Of a stretch of 64,000 nucleotides of DNA, positions 18,367 through 27,570 are shown in pieces (the stretch's first letter is position 1; the number at the start of each line of letters is the position of its first letter). The stretch spans positions 27,273 to 91,272 of the forward strand of contig JAJPJA010000017.1 in assembly GCA_021324455.1 (NCBI GenBank). Reading direction: 5' to 3'. The position numbers and the translations under genes were made by a program. The notes beneath the pieces are model-generated. The model was not told the origin of the DNA. It worked only from the letters and a program-made list of their open reading frames with translations, and did not search any database. Source of the DNA: Pseudomonadota bacterium (GTDB lineage: Bacteria > Desulfobacterota > Binatia > Binatales > Binataceae).

Positions 18367-19521
18367 ATGCGTCCACAAATCCCGCCGCGCTCCGAATGCG
18401 ACGCCGTAATCGTCGGCGGCGGTCCCGCCGGACTCGCCGCCGCGATTGCCGCCCGGATGCGCGGGCTCAAGGTCGTCGTGGCCGACGCCGCGCGCATCCC
18501 GGTGCACAAGGCGTGCGGCGAAGGGCTGATGCCCGACGGCGTCCAGGCCCTGCGCCAACTGGGCGTTGTGTTGGGCGCCGGCGAGTTCCGCCCGTTTGTC
18601 GGTATCCGCTTCGTGGACGGCGGCGTATCCGCGCAGGGACGATTCGCATCGGCAGCCGGTGCCGGAGTGCGGCGCGCGGTGTTGCATCGCCGGCTTGTCC
18701 GGCGCGCGGCTGAAGTGGGCGTGGAGATTCATTGGGGATGTCCGGTTAAGTCCTTCAGCGGCGGCTGCCTCCGAATCGGCGATCGGACGCTGCGCCCGCG
18801 CTGGCTGGTCGGCGCCGACGGACTTCATTCCCGCGTCCGCCGCTGGGCCGGACTGGAGCGCGGATGGAGCGCGCAGCCGCGTATCGGAACGCGAATACAT
18901 TATCGCGTCGAGCCCTGGACCGATCTGGTCGAAGTCCACTGGCGTCAACACTGCCAGGCCTACGTCACTCCGGTTGCGGCGGACGAGATATGCGTTGCGC
19001 TGATGACCAATCGCGACGCTCCCGAGCGCATCGAAGACCTCAGCGCGCTGTTTCCCACGCTTGCGGCCCGCCTGCGCGGCGCCCAACCCTCCGATTCAGT
19101 CAGGGGCGCCGCTTCACTGACGCGCAAGCTGCGTGCGGTGGCGAGCGGACGCGTGGTTTTGATCGGCGACGCCGCGGGCTCGGTTGACGCGATTACCGGG
19201 CAGGGCCTTTCGATGGCGCTGCGGCAGGCGCTGGTGTTGGGTGAGGCGCTGGCGCGCGGCGACCTGGCTCCCTATGCCGCGGCGCATCGGCGGATCACCC
19301 GGACGCCGCGCATGATGGCGCGGATGCTGCTGATTCTGGACGGCCGGCCGCATCTGCGTCACGCGGCTTTGCGCGCTCTGGCGGCGCGGCCCGCGTTGTT
19401 CTCGCGATTGCTGGCGGCCCATGTCGGCGCGATAAATCCGCCGGTCATGATCCGCGATCTCGCCGGTTTGACCGCCAGAACCCTGGTCATGGGTGCCGCC
19501 GCCCGCGTGGCCTGTTTGTAG
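18367..19521 (+). CDS. FAD-dependent monooxygenase/oxidoreductase
   Basis: GGGPAG, KACGEGLMP, GADG, GDAAGSVDAITGQG. Confidence 0.9.
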   Translation: MRPQIPPRSECDAVIVGGGPAGLAAAIAARMRGLKVVVADAARIPVHKACGEGLMPDGVQALRQLGVVLGAGEFRPFVGIRFVDGGVSAQGRFASAAGAGVRRAVLHRRLVRRAAEVGVEIHWGCPVKSFSGGCLRIGDRTLRPRWLVGADGLHSRVRRWAGLERGWSAQPRIGTRIHYRVEPWTDLVEVHWRQHCQAYVTPVAADEICVALMTNRDAPERIEDLSALFPTLAARLRGAQPSDSVRGAASLTRKLRAVASGRVVLIGDAAGSVDAITGQGLSMALRQALVLGEALARGDLAPYAAAHRRITRTPRMMARMLLILDGRPHLRHAALRALAARPALFSRLLAAHVGAINPPVMIRDLAGLTARTLVMGAAARVACL

Positions 19522-19525
19522 CCCG

Positions 19526-20116
19526 ATGCGCCGGCTTGATGCGGCTGTGGCTCTCCTGATCGTCGCCAGCCTGGGCGCGGCGGCCGCGCCGGTCAGGCAA
19601 GAGGCGATTATCGATCTCGATCCCGCCAACACCACGATTAATTTCACCCTCAAAGGCTTTCCGCATACGACCACGGGTTCGTTCCGGCTCAAACGGGGCG
19701 AGATTCGGGTCGATCCGGAAAGCGGGCGCGCCGGCGGCAGTATCGTGGTGGACGCGAACAGCGGCGCCACCGGAATCGGCATGCGCGACAGCGAGATGAA
19801 AGACCGCATCCTCGAAGCGCGCAGCTACCCCGAAATCGTTTTCACGCCGCGCAAGGTCAGCGGCACTCCGCTGGCGCGCGGCGTGTTCGTCATGACCGTC
19901 AGCGGAACCATGACGGTGCACGGAGCGGCGCACGAACTCACCATGGAAGTTTCGATCGATCGGCGCGGCGACGATTTCAGCGCCGCCGCGCGGCTGAACA
20001 TTCCCTACGTGGCCTGGGGAATGAAAAATCCCAGCGTGCTGTTTCTGACCGTATCCGACGCCGTTTTGGTGGACGTAAGCAGCACTGGACACGTGATTTG
20101 GAAAATTGTCAGATAG
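19526..20116 (+). CDS. YceI family polyisoprenoid-binding protein
   Basis: Signal peptide, LDPANTTINF, TGIGMRD, YPEIVF, GTMTVHG. Confidence 0.88.
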   Translation: MRRLDAAVALLIVASLGAAAAPVRQEAIIDLDPANTTINFTLKGFPHTTTGSFRLKRGEIRVDPESGRAGGSIVVDANSGATGIGMRDSEMKDRILEARSYPEIVFTPRKVSGTPLARGVFVMTVSGTMTVHGAAHELTMEVSIDRRGDDFSAAARLNIPYVAWGMKNPSVLFLTVSDAVLVDVSSTGHVIWKIVR

Positions 20117-20120
20117 GGCG

Positions 20121-20903
20121 ATGCCGGAACTCAAGGACAAAGTCGCCATCATCACCGGCGGCGGCCAGGGAATTGGCAAGCAGATTGCCCTCGCCCTCGC
20201 CGATCAGGGCGCCCGGCTGACCCTGACCCAACGTTCCGTCGGTCCGCTGGAGGCTACCTGCGCCGGGATCAAGGCAACTGGCGGCGAAGCGATAGCCATC
20301 AGCGGCGACATTTCCAGCGAAGCGGATTGCCGCAAAATCGCCGATCAAACTCTCGCCCGCTATGGACGTATCGACATCCTGGTCAACAGCGCCGGTCTGT
20401 TCGGGGTTACCAAGCTCACCACCGACATGACGCTGGCCGAATGGAACGAAGTGATCGACAGCAATCTGACCGGCACCTGGCTGATGACCCGTGCGGTGCT
20501 GCCGGTGATGGCGCGGCAGCAGTCGGGCAACATCATCAATATCGGATCGACGGCGGGACGGCGCGGCTATACGCTGCGCGCGCATTACTCGGCCGCGAAG
20601 TGGGCCATCATCGGACTGACCCAGACCTGGGCCGTGGAATGGGGCAAATCGGGCATCCGGGTGAACTGCGTATGCCCGGGTGCGGTGCAGGGCGAGCGCA
20701 TCGAACGCGCGATCAAGGCGCGGATGGAAACTTTGGGTATCACCTATGAGCGCGCCAGACAGGGACTGACGGCGGGCAGTCCGATGGGCCGGATGGTGAG
20801 TGAAGAAGAAGTCGCGCGCGTGGTGGTGTTCCTGGCCAGCGACCGCTCCGCCGGGATGACCGGCCAGTCAATCAACGTCGACCTCGGCGCCGTGATGAAT
20901 TAG
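20121..20903 (+). CDS. Short-chain dehydrogenase/reductase
   Basis: TGGGQGIG, NSAG, YSAAK, TGQSINVD. Confidence 0.95.
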   Translation: MPELKDKVAIITGGGQGIGKQIALALADQGARLTLTQRSVGPLEATCAGIKATGGEAIAISGDISSEADCRKIADQTLARYGRIDILVNSAGLFGVTKLTTDMTLAEWNEVIDSNLTGTWLMTRAVLPVMARQQSGNIINIGSTAGRRGYTLRAHYSAAKWAIIGLTQTWAVEWGKSGIRVNCVCPGAVQGERIERAIKARMETLGITYERARQGLTAGSPMGRMVSEEEVARVVVFLASDRSAGMTGQSINVDLGAVMN

Positions 20904-21853
20904 CGGCGCATCGGTTGCCCGTCAGCGGCATATCCCGATGATCTTCTCCTAAGGCGCGGCTGCATCGCCAGCTTGCGCGCCGCCGCGATTTGGTGCAGGA
21001 AGGTCATGTCCTTGCCCGGGTAAGCATAATCCGGATTGACCGCGTATATGGGGTCGGCCATCGCCCGGCTCAGCGCGATGAAGCGGACGCCGGCGGCTTG
21101 ATAACGCGAGATATTTGCCCCCATCTCCGCAGCTTCGAACGCGCCCATGTGCAAAAGCAGGATGTGGCGGATATCCCTTCCAAACAGCTCGCGCGAGAGC
21201 TGCACCGACTGCTTAAGATGCCATAGAGCCGAATCGGCGGCCCGTTTTGTAACCTGATCCAAACCGGCGCGGTCGCCGCGGGCAAGACATCGGGTGTAGG
21301 CGTCGTTCCAGGCCCAGTCGTGATAATCGACTGTGACCTCGGCGATTCTATATCCGTTGTCGAACAGATATTTTCGCACCGCGTTGCGTTTGGCGATGGT
21401 ATTACCCTCGGAGAGATACGGGTACCTGAAGACCCGCCTGATGCCGAGAGAATCGCCCGTCAGGTCCATGGAAGAGAGCACCCGGTCCATGCGCGCGATA
21501 TCGGCGGCATAAGTCGACTCTTGAACCTGGTCAAGAAAGAGATGGCTGAAGGTATGATTGCCGATCGGAAATCCGGCATTTGCCCACTCTTTCAGCACGC
21601 TTGCCTGCGCCGGGTCGGTCTCGAGTTGAACGCCGTTGGCGAATCCATAAGCCGGGATGTGCATAGTTCGAAGAATCCGAATCATATCGCGGGCGATACC
21701 GAGCCGGGTTTGGCCGGCCGGAAGAGCGCCCATCCCGGGGAGGTCATCAACTGTCAGAGCGACCTCAATCTCGTGCGGTTGATCGGCAACCGCGTGACCT
21801 GAGCCGGCTCCTGGGGCTGCGAACAGGATGATAACCAGCCAAAACACTTTCAT
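20900..21853 (-). CDS. Secreted polysaccharide deacetylase (CE4/NodB)
   Basis: Signal peptide from ATG 21853; TVDDLP, HTFSH, RYPY, ILLLH motifs. Confidence 0.9.
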   Translation of the reverse strand: MKVFWLVIILFAAPGAGSGHAVADQPHEIEVALTVDDLPGMGALPAGQTRLGIARDMIRILRTMHIPAYGFANGVQLETDPAQASVLKEWANAGFPIGNHTFSHLFLDQVQESTYAADIARMDRVLSSMDLTGDSLGIRRVFRYPYLSEGNTIAKRNAVRKYLFDNGYRIAEVTVDYHDWAWNDAYTRCLARGDRAGLDQVTKRAADSALWHLKQSVQLSRELFGRDIRHILLLHMGAFEAAEMGANISRYQAAGVRFIALSRAMADPIYAVNPDYAYPGKDMTFLHQIAAARKLAMQPRLRRRSSGYAADGQPMRR

Positions 21854-22105
21854 AAAGCACTGGGGTGCAAGATTTGCGTAAAATCCAGTCTTGTAGCGAG
21901 GTTTGCGGGCAAGGGCGGCGGCTTGTGGAAATTTTCGCATATTCCTTTTTCGAACATCGGATTTTAGCAAATTCATTGCAAAATCTCCGATTTTTTGGGT
22001 ATAGTTCCGTTGGCCTTGAGCTACTCGCGTACACTGGCGTGCGTATCGAGGCCATAACTGGCTGGAAGCCCGGCTGTGTGCTGGATTGATCCTCAGAAAC
22101 GGCTG

Positions 22106-23287
22106 ATGCCGTCAAGCGCACTGCGTGCCGGCAGCGCGAGCAACCGGCGCCCAACGTTGTCAAGTCGCGGCCCGATCCGGCTTCGAGGGGGCCGCGTCAT
22201 ATCCTTAAGCTTCACGGTTGCCGTCCTGCTCATGGGTTTTGCCGGCGCCGCTTTATGCCAGGTGATCGGCATCCAGCAGTCTTCGGTTACCGGCTGCGCC
22301 CAGAACCCCGCCGCAAGTTCCGACACTGCGGCGGCGCAGTCGAATCAATCCGCATCCGACGTCGACGGCGGTACCGGACCGGGCGCCCGAGATTACAAAG
22401 ACGGAGCCGCCAACTTGAATCCGGTCAGCCATCCCACCTCTCAATACCAGTACGACTACTATCGCGATTCCAGCGACAATCAGGTCTCAACCGTAACCTC
22501 GCTCTCCAATGTCACGGTGGGGAAGACGACCTTTACGCTGCGCCGGGAATCGGTCACGGCGCACGGACCCCAGGGCGATGAGGCATCGGAAGCCACCGTT
22601 GTGTCCGGTTATGAAAAGCCCTGGAAATGGCTGCTGGTGGGCGGCGGTATCGGCGTGATTCGCACCGAAGACGGCTCCAGCAGCCTGGCCGGCTCGCTCA
22701 CCTCCACCCTCGATCTGCGCAATATGTCGATTACGATTGGCGCCGCGCGCGGCCTGCTGGAGGCCAATGCCCAGACCATCAGCAATCACATTATGCAGAC
22801 CGATCTCAGCTTCAGCATGTGGGACGGTCTCGGCGATCATCTGGGCACGGACGTGGAGTTCCATCATCGAATGTTCAGCGACGGCAACAGCGAGAACGAC
22901 TTGTCGATCGCTCCCGAGTATTCGATCAAAGTATTGAAGACTAAACTGGCTGTGGGCTGGACGCTGGAATACGCGGATTTCGCGCAGCCGACAAAGCTTG
23001 GCTATTATGCCCCGCAAGGATTGTTGTCCAACCAGCCCGCGGTAACCTGGAAATTCGACCGCGGCGGGTTTTACGGGATGGTCAAGGTAGGGCTGATGCG
23101 GACGTTCTGGCTGTATCAATCGCAATGGATGCCGTCATTTTCGGGCAGCGCGGCGGCCGCCTTCGGCCGGCGTCTGAGCGAGCGCACGGCGGCGGAATGG
23201 TACCTGACGGCGGGCCGCGATTCGCTCGGAATGCCCGCCGCCTGGAGTTCGATGAACACCGGCCTCAAGCTCAATTACAACTTCTAG
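22106..23287 (+). CDS. Putative outer-membrane beta-barrel protein
   Basis: Signal-like hydrophobic segment, alternating amphipathic strands, GYYAP motif, C-terminal LKLNYNF beta-signal; start uncertain. Confidence 0.65.
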   Translation: MPSSALRAGSASNRRPTLSSRGPIRLRGGRVISLSFTVAVLLMGFAGAALCQVIGIQQSSVTGCAQNPAASSDTAAAQSNQSASDVDGGTGPGARDYKDGAANLNPVSHPTSQYQYDYYRDSSDNQVSTVTSLSNVTVGKTTFTLRRESVTAHGPQGDEASEATVVSGYEKPWKWLLVGGGIGVIRTEDGSSSLAGSLTSTLDLRNMSITIGAARGLLEANAQTISNHIMQTDLSFSMWDGLGDHLGTDVEFHHRMFSDGNSENDLSIAPEYSIKVLKTKLAVGWTLEYADFAQPTKLGYYAPQGLLSNQPAVTWKFDRGGFYGMVKVGLMRTFWLYQSQWMPSFSGSAAAAFGRRLSERTAAEWYLTAGRDSLGMPAAWSSMNTGLKLNYNF

Positions 23288-23508
23288 TTGGCCGGTAGAC
23301 GTGTATTCATAGTTTTTTTCGCCCTTTTTGTTGTCCCGAGGGAGTCGGGCGTGCACGACGGCGAGGGAACGACGCGGATCGTTTGGCTGAAACGGCGCAT
23401 GAAGACCAATCGCTTCGCGCTTTATCCCTGCGCGCCTTGGCCGGCGTTCGGGATCAGGGCAAAGTAGCCGCAACGATAAAAGTTCAACATTACAGGCATT
23501 GGGCCGCA

Positions 23509-24891
23509 TCACTTCAGGCAACAGGCGCCATCATTGCCGATTCGAACAAGATCGCGCGGTTTCGGCGCGTCTATTCTGAGGTCCCGGACCAACCGCCGGG
23601 CGATCATGCGGTCCGATCTGGCGGAATAATGGTAATCGGGCAGGCGATAACCCGGCTCGGACGCGTCGAACATACCGGTCAGGTCCAGATAGGAGACGTT
23701 GCGCCTTTGCAGGTATGGAATCAATTGACGCGAAATGCGCGCTTCCCATCCGGTAACGGGAGCCAGAACCACATAGAATCGGCGCACCTTCAGTTTAATC
23801 CCGATCTGTCTTCGGATTTCGGCCAATACCGCCGCCGTTAAGTCGAAGTCACCGGGGCGGATCTCCCGTGGAAAGGTTAATCCGAAATACTGTGCCACGT
23901 TGGATTGCGTAACCAGATAGTAGAACAGCGTCAGAAAAGGCCTGGCGTGAACGAAATCGCCGCGTCGGATTAGGCGCCCATTGGCGTTGAGTTGGTAGCA
24001 CGAGAAATGCATGCCCCAGCCGGCGGATACCGGGCTTGCGCCGCGGACACGATCGATGAGGGTGGGGAGAAAGATGAAGACGGCAATGCCGCTCGGTTCG
24101 GTTATTTCTACGGGCAGGTCTCGCCACCTGATTAGGTCAAGCGCTTGCGCCGGACCGTATCCGCTGACGGCATAATTATACGGGCGATAATCAGGCGCCA
24201 TCAGGCCAACCTGGTACGGTATGGTTTCGGTCTGGTTCACTCCCTCTCCAAACGTGTTGGAGTCACCGAAGAACAGCAGGAATCTGCCGCGGTCTTCGGC
24301 GTTGGGTACGCGAGTTTCGCGCCGGCCGAAAGCATCGATCAGGTATGTGGCTGAAATAATTGGGCGGTCGCCGAGCCGTTTCACATGTACGGCCTCGTCA
24401 TTGGGCGCCAGGGCGTAACCCACCGGCGATTTGATTTTATACGAAGGCTGATCAAGCGGGCGCGGCTCCCCGGTTATTTGGTCCGGTAAAAGGCGGCCGA
24501 AGGCGAATTCCGTGATTAACCAGATCACCAGAAAAAGTATCAGGTTGGCCCGCAGCATCGGGGGCAGAACCGCGATTGCCAGTTCGAACAATCCCAGACC
24601 GAGCGGAACCGCAATAAGTATGTAGAAATAGAACCGATCGTATAACAGACTATCCAGATTAATATAAACGGCGCCCAAACTTAGTATTGCAAGAAAAAAA
24701 ATCGCCGCCTGGTCCGCCGCCATGATCAAAAGTACCCTGCGAAAACGGACGGAAACCGGGACTTCCGGCGCGGACCCCATGCGCCAGGCTGACCACGCCA
24801 GCGCGCCGCCAATTACGGCTGTAATTGACGCCTGCCACAAAAACTGCCTTAACAACAAGGCGATCGCCGCCGCCAACGATGACAGGGCCAC
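23509..24891 (-). CDS. Membrane-anchored SGNH/GDSL hydrolase-fold protein
   Basis: About 5 N-terminal TMs, FFGDSNTFG, NYAVSGYG, PDYH. Confidence 0.75.
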   Translation of the reverse strand: MALSSLAAAIALLLRQFLWQASITAVIGGALAWSAWRMGSAPEVPVSVRFRRVLLIMAADQAAIFFLAILSLGAVYINLDSLLYDRFYFYILIAVPLGLGLFELAIAVLPPMLRANLILFLVIWLITEFAFGRLLPDQITGEPRPLDQPSYKIKSPVGYALAPNDEAVHVKRLGDRPIISATYLIDAFGRRETRVPNAEDRGRFLLFFGDSNTFGEGVNQTETIPYQVGLMAPDYRPYNYAVSGYGPAQALDLIRWRDLPVEITEPSGIAVFIFLPTLIDRVRGASPVSAGWGMHFSCYQLNANGRLIRRGDFVHARPFLTLFYYLVTQSNVAQYFGLTFPREIRPGDFDLTAAVLAEIRRQIGIKLKVRRFYVVLAPVTGWEARISRQLIPYLQRRNVSYLDLTGMFDASEPGYRLPDYHYSARSDRMIARRLVRDLRIDAPKPRDLVRIGNDGACCLK

Positions 24892-25055
24892 TATCGCCGC
24901 CGCGTCCCATCCAAGCGCACCGATAGTCGCTTCAGGGCGGATGATCGAGCCGCGGGGCGCCGTGCTTGTGCCGGCTGCATTCTTCGCTTCTGCTGCCGTA
25001 GTTCGACCCTTTTACCGCCGAGCGATCCGCCGGGTACGGATCCCGCGACTTGCTT

Positions 25056-27299
25056 TTAGAAAATCGGCGAAGCCGGCAGGGGTTGATTCAATTCCTCCAC
25101 CCGAAGATCTGGCGTGCGGGAGATGGACGGGTCGCGCCCGGAGGAGGCGGAAAGACCAGTCCGCCAGCCGCAGTCTTCGGCCGCTTCGCGCAAGCCGACC
25201 AGGCATCCGACGGCGTACGCCAGCAATGCTCCGTTGGTGAAAGCAAACGCCGCGTGCAGGTAAAGACCTGAAAACAGATCGATAACGCCGCGCCCAATAC
25301 AGTAAGTCAAAATCGCAAATTCCGCCATGACATAAAATCGCGGCGCTGCGGTTCGTCCTTCCACCTTCGGCGTCCGTCCGAAAGCACTGCGGCGTCCGGT
25401 GCAGGCCTGATGCAGGGACTTGAAAACCCCGCCCAAATTCACCGGTATCAGCAAAAGGTTCAGCGCGTATACGCGCGGCAGGTCGTACCACGAATAGCCG
25501 CTGGCGACCAGATCGCGCCCGTAAAGCGCGAAATACGGTATCGCGGTCAGCGGCAGCCACCATCCCCGCATGCTGCGATCGAACGGATGCAGTATGAGGA
25601 TCAGCATCCCCAGGCTCACGCCGAACAGCGACGTCAGGTAATGCAGGCGCAGAAATCCCTCGGCCAGCTTTTGCACGCGTCCGCCGCCTTCCATCAAATA
25701 GCGAAGCAGCTTGGGCAAAATCAGCAGACCGCCGTTGGCCCAGCGGCGGCGCTGGATTATCAGCGCGCCGAAGTCGGGCGGAGTGGCGCTGTACGCCAGC
25801 CGCTCCGGGTAATTGTACAGCAGCCAGCCGCGCAGAATCAGGTCGATGCTCGATTCCGTATCCTCGATCACGGTGCGGTCCTGGATATACTTCGCGACCG
25901 GTCTGCCGTCCTCGTCTTCGACCACCCGGATATCGTCGAGCGCGGCGCGGCGCAGCAGCGCGTTGGCCCCTACCCAGTAGGTTGCGCGCAGCCAGGTATA
26001 GCCCTGATGCATGATGTGCTGCACGTCGGTGGTGGCGCCCGCCACCCGCTCGAGCATCCGCGGGGTTCCCGGCACGGCGCTGTACGGCGTCTGCACCACG
26101 GCGACGCGGCGGTTGCCCGGGCGCTCCATCACATTTATCAGCCGCAGGGCGTAGTCGCTGAGCAGCAGGCTGTCGGCGTCCAGGGTGATGAGATAATCGG
26201 CGGCCGGAAAGCTGAGCTCCGCTTGCTCTGCGTTGCAGCGCTCAAGGTGAACCCCGTCGGCCCGCGCGCTGGTGCGGAAATGTCCGCCCATCAGCTCGAT
26301 ATAGCTGTTGAGATTCATCGCCTTGTTGGACGCGCGCGACAGATTGGCAAACTGTTTGCGCTCGAAGCTGGAAATCTCAACCGCGAACAAAGCTGCCAGG
26401 CGCCGGTACTCGCGATCGATCTGGGCGGACGACAGCGGCGCCGCGCCCGCCCGCCCATGGCGCAGCAGGCTGGCGGCGCGCTCTCGATGCGCCCGTGCGG
26501 GAGCGGAGATAATCCACTCCAGGAAGAAATCGTCGGTATGGTCGCGCGGATCCAAATCCGAGGCGAGATCCTCAATCGATTGCGCGGCCCTGAGGTAGAG
26601 CCGGGCGAGGGTTTTCGCTTCGCGCGCCGCATCGATAACCCCGCGGCGCCGCCGTTCTGCGTATGCATGCGCCGCCCAGGCAAGCTGACGTGCCGGCGCG
26701 CGCAAAAGCTCCGCAATTTTGCCCGGCAGCGCACGCATCCGCGCCAACTGCTCCGCGTCGGCGCCGCTGGCCGGATGGGGCGGGTCGTCGATCAGCAGCA
26801 CCACGCGCCGCGCCGGATACTCCATCAACGCTGCCGAAATCAGCGTCTGACGAACCACCCGTTCCTCTTCCTTGTAAGAGGGCACGAGCAGCGCGACCGC
26901 CGGCGGTTGCTCGCGGTCGTAAATCGATTCGATTTCGGCGCGCGCGGCCGCTTTATGGCTGGCTTGACGCTTCCAATGGCCCAAACGCGAGAAATGGTAA
27001 ACCAGATTGCCGTAAATGATGAAGTAGACGATCAGGATGAAGCAAATCTGCTCCAAGATTGGGCCCAGATGGCCGGCGCGCAGGCGTTCGGCCAGCACCG
27101 ACTGAACATCCAGCGACAGCATCAGATAGGCGCCGAACGTCGCTATCAGTCCGACCAGCGTGTAGGCAACCTCGCGGTGGGCCCCGCTCCGGGCGCCGTC
27201 TGTTTGTGTGTTTGGGGAAAGATTTTGTGCCGTTATGCGCCGGCTTGGCGGATTTTCGTCTTCACCCGAATCCGCGGGCATGCTCTGGGAGGAATTCAT
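25056..27299 (-). CDS. Processive GT2 glycosyltransferase (cellulose synthase-like), no PilZ domain
   Basis: LIDD, KAMNLN, DADS, QTP, VIED, QRRRW, FGRTPK; TMs at both ends. Confidence 0.9.
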   Translation of the reverse strand: MNSSQSMPADSGEDENPPSRRITAQNLSPNTQTDGARSGAHREVAYTLVGLIATFGAYLMLSLDVQSVLAERLRAGHLGPILEQICFILIVYFIIYGNLVYHFSRLGHWKRQASHKAAARAEIESIYDREQPPAVALLVPSYKEEERVVRQTLISAALMEYPARRVVLLIDDPPHPASGADAEQLARMRALPGKIAELLRAPARQLAWAAHAYAERRRRGVIDAAREAKTLARLYLRAAQSIEDLASDLDPRDHTDDFFLEWIISAPARAHRERAASLLRHGRAGAAPLSSAQIDREYRRLAALFAVEISSFERKQFANLSRASNKAMNLNSYIELMGGHFRTSARADGVHLERCNAEQAELSFPAADYLITLDADSLLLSDYALRLINVMERPGNRRVAVVQTPYSAVPGTPRMLERVAGATTDVQHIMHQGYTWLRATYWVGANALLRRAALDDIRVVEDEDGRPVAKYIQDRTVIEDTESSIDLILRGWLLYNYPERLAYSATPPDFGALIIQRRRWANGGLLILPKLLRYLMEGGGRVQKLAEGFLRLHYLTSLFGVSLGMLILILHPFDRSMRGWWLPLTAIPYFALYGRDLVASGYSWYDLPRVYALNLLLIPVNLGGVFKSLHQACTGRRSAFGRTPKVEGRTAAPRFYVMAEFAILTYCIGRGVIDLFSGLYLHAAFAFTNGALLAYAVGCLVGLREAAEDCGWRTGLSASSGRDPSISRTPDLRVEELNQPLPASPIF

Positions 27300-27570
27300 C
27301 GAAATATTTAAGCCGTGTCCAGTTGAGCCTTTCCCAGCCGTTTAAAAATCAGCACGGAGCGATTTAATACCTTGAATCGGTCGAATAACTTTTCCAAAAA
27401 AAGAAAAACCTTGCAGATAGTAGTGAAACCGATAGGATAAGGCAAGGACATCACAGATGTTCGAAAGATTGGCAATTTAAGGCTGACAGATAACGCCAAC
27501 GCGCACAGGCGTCGCCGCCTTCGAGCAAACTCACGCCGATCCAAGCTGAGAGATGGCGATTAGTGCTGGA

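Noticed and set aside
25410-27311. 633-aa plus-strand ORF
   Set aside because: Antisense shadow of the GT2 gene with no recognisable motifs; common in high-GC DNA.
27300-27560. Possible c-di-GMP riboswitch upstream of the GT2 gene
   Set aside because: No GEMM consensus elements found by eye; it appears to be an AT-rich promoter region.
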